Assembly (NCBI GenBank): GCA_963787105.1
Contig: CAWBBU010000010.1
Span: 4,017-68,016, forward strand
Source: an uncultured Bacillota bacterium
GTDB lineage: Bacteria; Sysuimicrobiota; Sysuimicrobiia; Sysuimicrobiales; Segetimicrobiaceae
Length of the DNA stretch: 64,000 nucleotides
Direction of reading: 5' to 3'
The notes below the pieces were generated by a model. That model made no database searches. It was not told where the DNA came from and saw only the letters and a program-made list of their open reading frames with translations. Made by a program: the position numbers and the translations under genes. Below, one piece after another: positions 59,227 to 64,000 of the stretch (position 1 is the first letter of the stretch; each line of letters begins with the position of its first letter).

Positions 59227-60471
59227 TCAGCGCCCTCGCGTCACGTCGTCGAGCGCCATGGTCCGTTCCTCGCCGCCGCGTTCGCGGACGACGACCATCT
59301 GATCCCGCACCAGCAGCGCGCGGCCCGTCCCGCGGGCGAGCGCCTCCTCCGCAACCTCATCCCACCCGCGTCCCTGGACCTCCACCGCGACGGTCAGCCC
59401 GCGGGCCCGAAGCGCCCGTGCGCACGCGAGCGCCGCGTCGCGGCTGCCGTTGTCGAACGCGACGACCGCATCCGGCGCCCAGCCGCCGGCGCCGTTCTCG
59501 TCGGCCGACAGGACGCGCTCGACGCGGACCGCGAACCCGGTCGCCGGCCAGGACACGCCGAAGCGCTCGAGCAGCCGGTCGTACCGGCCGCCGCCGAGGA
59601 GCGGGACCCCGAGCGCGGCGGTGTGTCCCTCGAACACGATCCCCGTGTAGTAGTCGAAGTCCCGAATGATGCTGAGGTCGACGGTCACGGCGTCCCACAC
59701 GCCGTAGGCGCGCAGCATCCGCTCGAGTCCGGCGAGATCGCTCATCACCGCCTGGACTTCCGGCGCGTCCACGAGGCGCCTCGCTTCGTCGAGCGCCGCG
59801 GGCCCGCGCAACGTGGGGAGGGAGAGCAGCGCGTTCACGTGCGACGCATCGGCATGATGGCGCTCGAGCAGCGCGCGGAGCCCCACGAAATCCTTCTGAT
59901 ACAGCAGCGTCTGCGCGTCGTCCAGGTCGGACTCGGGCAGGTGCAGCCCGGCGAGCAGACCGCGGAGGAACCCCACGTGCCCGAGGCTGATCGAGAACTG
60001 ACCCACGCCCGCGGCCGCCAGGGCCTCAACCGCGAGCGCGACAATCTCCGCGTCCGCCTCGAGCGAGCCCGCCCCGATCAGCTCGCAGCCGACCTGAGGA
60101 AACTCCCGCAGCCGCCCCGATCCGGCCTCGCGCCAGCGAAACACCTGTCCGGCGTAGGCGAGGCGCAGCGGAAGCGGCGCCGTCCGCAGCCGGGTCGCGA
60201 CGAGCCGCGCGACGGATGTAGTCATCTCCGGGCGGAGCGCCAGGATCTCGCCGCCGCGATCCACGAGCTTGAACAGCTGATCACCGGCCGCGCTTCCCTC
60301 ACCCAACACCAGCACATCGAGGTACTCGAGGGTGGGGGTGGTCACCTCGCGGTAGCCCCACCCGCGCATGCACTCGAGCACGCCTGTCGCGACCTGCCGC
60401 ACCCGCGCCGTCTCATCGGGAAGCAGGTCGCGCGTGCCCGTGGGGATCTGCTGCCAGCGTTCCAGCCGCAT
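59227..60471 (-). CDS. hisZ: ATP phosphoribosyltransferase regulatory subunit
   Basis: Start MRLERWQQIPTGTRDLLPDE. HisRS-like core (LRPEMTTSVAR, RLAYAGQVFR, DFDYYTGIVFEG) without an anticodon-binding domain. The longer track ORF adds 46 implausible residues. Confidence 0.88.
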   Translation of the reverse strand: MRLERWQQIPTGTRDLLPDETARVRQVATGVLECMRGWGYREVTTPTLEYLDVLVLGEGSAAGDQLFKLVDRGGEILALRPEMTTSVARLVATRLRTAPLPLRLAYAGQVFRWREAGSGRLREFPQVGCELIGAGSLEADAEIVALAVEALAAAGVGQFSISLGHVGFLRGLLAGLHLPESDLDDAQTLLYQKDFVGLRALLERHHADASHVNALLSLPTLRGPAALDEARRLVDAPEVQAVMSDLAGLERMLRAYGVWDAVTVDLSIIRDFDYYTGIVFEGHTAALGVPLLGGGRYDRLLERFGVSWPATGFAVRVERVLSADENGAGGWAPDAVVAFDNGSRDAALACARALRARGLTVAVEVQGRGWDEVAEEALARGTGRALLVRDQMVVVRERGGEERTMALDDVTRGR

Positions 60472-60565
60472 CGAGCCGCGTATCCTCTCTTCTGGCCCTT
60501 GCCCGGCCACCGATCGCGCCGGTACTTTACTCAGATAAAGCACTACAGTACCAAAGACGCGGCCT

Positions 60566-60594
60566 ATCGTAGCATACTGGCACGACACCGTCAA
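60566..60594 (-). promoter_or_regulatory. sigma70-type promoter of the his operon
   Basis: On the minus strand: TTGACG (60589-60594), 17-nt spacer, TACGAT (60566-60571), about 95 nt upstream of the hisZ ATG. Confidence 0.5.
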
Positions 60595-60612
60595 CCGCCT
60601 GAAGCGCACTCT

Positions 60613-60705
60613 GTTACTGCTCAGCGATTCCGTCCAGCTAACTGCTCAGTGATTCTGTCCCTGCTCAACTGCTCAGTGATTCTGTCACCCTGGGAGGATG
60701 ACGGG
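60613..60705 (+). mobile_element. solo IS terminus (remnant) related to the left end of the IS at 11562..12985
   Basis: Three tandem ~25-bp units (TACTGCTCAGCGATTCCGTCC; AACTGCTCAGTGATTCTGTCC; AACTGCTCAGTGATTCTGTCACCCTGGGAGGATGACGGGA). The last unit aligns with AATGAATCTGTCACCCTGGGATCATGACCAGGGA of the intact IS. No transposase follows. Confidence 0.6.
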
Positions 60706-60781
60706 AAAGGTCCGCGAGAGTGCGGCACGGAATTCATCGGACCTACGTGTCTCTATCAAGAACACCAGGAGGACGATCGGA

Positions 60782-61303
60782 ATGAAGACAAGTGGAACGC
60801 TGTTGCTCGTCGTGGCGCTGATCTCTGGCATGGCCGTGTTTGCCGGCCCGGCGCGGTCGCAGAACGCCCAGCAGACTCCCCCGGCGAGCAATCCCGGCAA
60901 CGCCCCGGCGAACAACATGGACATCGTCCGCCAGCAGATCCAGGCGGACAAGAAGTCGTTCGTCGCCCAAAACATGCAGCTGACGCAGTCGGAGGCCACC
61001 GCGTTTTGGCCGCTGTACGACTCGCTCCAGAAGGGCCTGGTCGCCCTCGGCGACCGCCTCGCCGCCGACGCCCAAGAATACGCGGCGAACTACCAGACCC
61101 TCTCCGACGCCACGGCGAAGCGGCTCACGCAGGACTTTCTCGCCGTCCAGATCCAGCGCGTCCAGCTGCTGCAGTCCTATATGCCGAAGTTCGAGGCCGT
61201 GCTTCCCGAGAAGAAAGTGGCGCGCTACTACCAGCTCGAGAACAAGGCGTACGCGATCGTCAACTTTGATGCGATGAAGCAGATCCCGCTGGTGAAGTAC
61301 TAG
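60782..61303 (+). CDS. secreted hypothetical protein (173 aa, helical, signal peptide)
   Basis: ATG 60782 lies 8 nt after AGGAGGA. Signal MKTSGTLLLVVALISGMAVFAGPARS, then a helical Q/A/L-rich body. No family recognised. The track start at 60698 is upstream of the RBS. Confidence 0.6.
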   Translation: MKTSGTLLLVVALISGMAVFAGPARSQNAQQTPPASNPGNAPANNMDIVRQQIQADKKSFVAQNMQLTQSEATAFWPLYDSLQKGLVALGDRLAADAQEYAANYQTLSDATAKRLTQDFLAVQIQRVQLLQSYMPKFEAVLPEKKVARYYQLENKAYAIVNFDAMKQIPLVKY

Positions 61304-61334
61304 GCGCGCGCCGGATCAGACACCGGGGGCGGGG

Positions 61335-61814
61335 TCAGCGGTCGCGCGCGTCGAGCTCACGCGCGAGCCGCGCGAGATCGGCGGCGTCCGGCGCGGCCGC
61401 GATCTCGACGGGCCCGACCCGGCGGCCGGCCCAGCGTCGAATCACGAGCGCCGCGATCCCCAGCCCGATGAGCAGCGCCGTCAGCGGACCGAGATATAGG
61501 AGCCAGGACACGCCCCGCCGCGGCGGCTCGGCCAAGATGCTGTCGCCGAACTGCCCGACGAAATACTGGAGAATCTGGTCGGACGTCTCACCCGCCTCGA
61601 GCTTCTGCCGGATGATGACGCGCATCTCCTGGGCCACCGTCGCGTCGCTCTCGGCGACGGTCTGGCCCTGGCAGACGGGACACAGCAGCTGCCGGGCCAC
61701 CGCGTAGACACGATCGTCGAGCGTCTGCGCGGCCGCGGTCCCAGCGAGCAGGCAAACGACCGCGATCGCCATCAGGATTCGCGCGCCCGCCGTCCGGCGG
61801 ACCCGCTCAGGCAT
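61335..61814 (-). CDS. ccmH: cytochrome c-type biogenesis protein CcmH/NrfF family
   Basis: Signal peptide, then RQLLCPVCQGQTVAESDATVAQEMRVIIRQKLEAGETSDQILQYFVGQFGDSILAEPP and a TM anchor. This includes the CcmH CxxC motif. Confidence 0.8.
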   Translation of the reverse strand: MPERVRRTAGARILMAIAVVCLLAGTAAAQTLDDRVYAVARQLLCPVCQGQTVAESDATVAQEMRVIIRQKLEAGETSDQILQYFVGQFGDSILAEPPRRGVSWLLYLGPLTALLIGLGIAALVIRRWAGRRVGPVEIAAAPDAADLARLARELDARDR

Positions 61815-62217
61815 GGCCCTCCCGCGCCCCGTTGCGGCGCGCGTCGCCGCGGGATCCGCGGCGTCCGCGGGCCGCGCGCTCGATGCGTCCCAGGCGCGTG
61901 AGCACCAGCGCGTATCCGTCCGCGCCGTAGGTGAGGAACCGGCGCACCCGGCTGATCGTCGCCGAGGATGCACCGGTGCGCGTCTCGATCTCCTGATAGG
62001 TCTTCCCCTGGTCCAGCATCCGCGCGACCGCGAATCGCTGAGCGAGCGCCTGCAGCTCTCCGATCGTGCACAGATCCTCAAAGAACCGGTAGCACTCGTC
62101 CACCGTGCGCAGCTGCAGCACGGCCCGAAACAACGAATCGGCGAGCGGGCCCCGAAGCTTCGGATTGACCACGGCGTCGGCCGCCTTTCCACGCTGACGC
62201 GTCACTGTGTGAAACAC
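61807..62217 (-). CDS. YerC/YecD-like TrpR-related protein
   Basis: LFRAVLQLRTVDECYRFFEDLCTIGELQALAQRFAVARMLDQGKTYQEIETRTGASSATISRVRRFLTYGADGY matches the YerC family. The exact start is uncertain. Confidence 0.7.
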   Translation of the reverse strand: MFHTVTRQRGKAADAVVNPKLRGPLADSLFRAVLQLRTVDECYRFFEDLCTIGELQALAQRFAVARMLDQGKTYQEIETRTGASSATISRVRRFLTYGADGYALVLTRLGRIERAARGRRGSRGDARRNGAREGHA

Positions 62218-62229
62218 CGCCCTGTTCGG

Positions 62230-63084
62230 TTACACGAGCGCCTCAACCTGCCGCGCGTCCCATTCGCAGCCGAGCGCGCGAAACTCGGTGGCGGCCGCGG
62301 TGATCAGGTCGAGCGCGTCCGGCCGATCGGCGGCCAGCGCGGCGTGCGCCTCGGCCCGCCGCGCCCGCGCCAGGAGATAGCGGTTCGTGGTAGGACGCAG
62401 CGCCTCCACCGCGTCGCGCGCGAACCGCTCCGCGCGGGACGCCTCGCCCGCGTCCGCCAGTACCTCCGCGAAATCGCACAAGACGGCCGCGCGGCCTTCG
62501 ACGTCACGCGCCGGCCACCCCTCGAGCGCGGCCGCGAACAGCCGCAGCGCATCGCGGCCGCGCCGCGGCCCTCCGGACGAGTCCCCGAGCTTTGCGCGCC
62601 GGGGCAGCAGCGCGGCCTTCGTCGCCTGGGACGCAGGCACCGCGGCGGGTTCGTGCAGCCGCCGCGCGAGCGCGAGCGTGCGGTCGCAGGCCTCGATCCC
62701 CTCTTCGACCGCGCGCAGCGCCGCGTCCCGCTCCTCCACGTCGGCGAGGTCCCGATACGCGGCCTCTAGCGTGGCACGGTAGGACAGCGCCTCGGCGTCC
62801 CCGCGGTGGCGGCGCACGATGTTCACCATCTCCTGTGCCAGCACCACCGCGTGCCGGCCGTCGTCAGGATCGCGCTCGAGGCGCAGCGCCAGCGAGAGAC
62901 CGAGGAGGGTGTTGACCAACTCCTCGCCCCCGCCCGCCGCCCGCTGCGCCCGCTCCGCCTCTCGGAACGCCGCGATCGCCTCCGGCAGATGGCGGGCGCC
63001 TTCTCGGAAAAACGCCGTGAGATGGCGCCACCCCTCCGCGACCCGGTCCTGAGCGGCGGAGCCGTCGGCGGCAGGGCCATTCAT
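62230..63084 (-). CDS. hypothetical helical-repeat (TPR-like) protein
   Basis: Its ATG overlaps the upstream stop (TAATG). 284-aa alanine- and arginine-rich helical sequence with repeated A-x-x-A-L/F patterns. The N-terminal half of track ORF 62230..63705 is a shadow of the membrane-protein gene. Confidence 0.45.
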   Translation of the reverse strand: MNGPAADGSAAQDRVAEGWRHLTAFFREGARHLPEAIAAFREAERAQRAAGGGEELVNTLLGLSLALRLERDPDDGRHAVVLAQEMVNIVRRHRGDAEALSYRATLEAAYRDLADVEERDAALRAVEEGIEACDRTLALARRLHEPAAVPASQATKAALLPRRAKLGDSSGGPRRGRDALRLFAAALEGWPARDVEGRAAVLCDFAEVLADAGEASRAERFARDAVEALRPTTNRYLLARARRAEAHAALAADRPDALDLITAAATEFRALGCEWDARQVEALV

Positions 63085-63791
63085 TACGCGGGAGGATCCT
63101 GGACCGCAGGCGCCGGCCGCGCGCTCAGCACGACGGCACAGGCGAGAAGGGCTAGGCCCACAACGACGCTGAGCACGGTCCACACGGTGATCGCGAACAA
63201 CTGGAGCGAGAACAACACACTGAGGAGGCCGTACAGCGTCTGGTACGCAATCGCCGCGAGCAGATAGACCACGAGGCCGCCGCGGGTCGCCCCGTACGCG
63301 GCCAGTGCGGTCGACCCGGCGTTCACCGCGACAAACCCGAGCTGCTGCGCGAGCGGCGTCGCCAAATTCTCGGGCGTCCCGATCTGGAGTCCGCGGGCGA
63401 TCAGGGCAAACGCGATGACTTGGTAGGCGCCGACGGCCCCAAAGCCCGCGCCGACCGCGGCGCCGTACACGGTCCCGTCCTGATCGGCGTGATCCCGGGA
63501 CGCGGCGAGCAGGGCGACGGCGAGCTTGAGGATTTCGTTGATCGCGGCGGCGATGAGGGCGCCCACGATCCCAATGCCGAGGCTGGAGCCGAACGAGTCC
63601 ACGTCCCAGCCGAACAGAACGGCGATCAGCGTCTGGATGGAGTTCACGAGAAAGACACTGAGGGGGAACAGGAGCGCGCCCGCCGCGAACGCGGCGAGCA
63701 ACCACGGACGGCGGAACCGCCCTCGGGCGACCACCGCGGCCACCGCGAGACCGTAGCCCACAGCGATCGCGGCTGCCGCGAGCCCCCTCAC
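63084..63791 (-). CDS. integral membrane protein (about seven hydrophobic segments)
   Basis: 235 aa, strongly hydrophobic with short polar loops (AAINEILKLAV, SRDHADQDG). No family assigned. Confidence 0.6.
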   Translation of the reverse strand: MRGLAAAAIAVGYGLAVAAVVARGRFRRPWLLAAFAAGALLFPLSVFLVNSIQTLIAVLFGWDVDSFGSSLGIGIVGALIAAAINEILKLAVALLAASRDHADQDGTVYGAAVGAGFGAVGAYQVIAFALIARGLQIGTPENLATPLAQQLGFVAVNAGSTALAAYGATRGGLVVYLLAAIAYQTLYGLLSVLFSLQLFAITVWTVLSVVVGLALLACAVVLSARPAPAVQDPPA

Positions 63792-63867
63792 GATGTACGA
63801 CCCGTGCGCACGACAGGCGTATTGTATGCCGAGGGGCCGATCAATGCAAGTAAACCGAGGAGACGGC

Positions 63868-64000
63868 TCAGCGGGCCGCCGCGGCGCGGCGTTCGTGGGG
63901 CCGCAGCACCGCGACGACGGCGAGGCTGAACGGCGTCGCGACGCTGGCGTCGCGCCCCATCCGGACGACCGCCCCGCAGAGCGCGTCGAGCTCCATCCGC
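63868..64000 (-). CDS. C-terminal fragment, possibly 2-dehydropantoate 2-reductase (starts beyond window end)
   Basis: The reverse frame reads ...MELDALCGAVVRMGRDASVATPFSLAVVAVLRPHERRAAAAR*. This resembles the E-x-D-x-x-x-G-x-VVR-x-G...TP C-terminal helix of PanE/ApbA. Only 43 codons are visible. Confidence 0.35.
   Translation of the reverse strand, partial: RMELDALCGAVVRMGRDASVATPFSLAVVAVLRPHERRAAAAR

Noticed and set aside
60613-60705. Three tandem ~25-bp repeats that could be mistaken for a tiny CRISPR array.
   Set aside because: The units are directly adjacent or separated by only 4-5 nt, so there are no spacers. They are homologous to the subterminal repeats of the IS at 11562, and there are no cas genes. 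No CRISPR array was seen anywhere in the window.

Overview
64-kb window from a high-GC bacterial chromosome (about 65-70 % GC by eye). It is almost fully coding and most real genes are on the minus strand.

The left ~13 kb looks accessory:
- A GMC-dehydrogenase pair, small secreted peptides, and a heavily frameshifted LAL/LuxR-type regulator.
- A peroxiredoxin-like gene, an SPW-repeat membrane protein, a DUF881 gene, and an M24 peptidase whose 5' end is replaced by a mazEF scar.
- tRNA-Pro(CGG), followed by two adjacent IS elements.

The remainder is core metabolism:
- gap-pgk-tpiA, then sbp/DUF881 division genes and a Clp1/Grc3-like P-loop kinase.
- A complete Thermus-type V/A-ATPase operon (G-I-K-E-C-F-A-B-D). 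Its B subunit carries a 178-aa mini-intein.
- A nuoA-H-J-K-L-M-N cluster that encodes only membrane-arm subunits.
- A holin-like gene with rapZ-yvcK, then a TCA supercluster (sdhCAB-icd-mdh-sucCD).
- Two S9 peptidases, a PduO-type adenosyltransferase, and a cNMP-domain thioredoxin-reductase-like gene.
- A hisZGDBHAF(IE) operon, then ccmH and yerC-like genes.

The most interesting signal is a ~78-nt conserved element present five times within 5.4 kb. Every copy is in the sense orientation upstream of an unrelated gene. Its variation pattern suggests a structured cis-regulatory RNA that I cannot assign to any class I know.

Major caveat: more than twenty single-nucleotide frameshifts interrupt otherwise well-conserved genes, several of them at short homopolymer runs (icd, mdh, most V-ATPase subunits, hisD, hisH and others). 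I read these as assembly indels rather than biology. Pseudogene calls and several fused ORFs in the supplied track should be read in that light.

No database search was possible. All family names come from recognising motifs in the translations.
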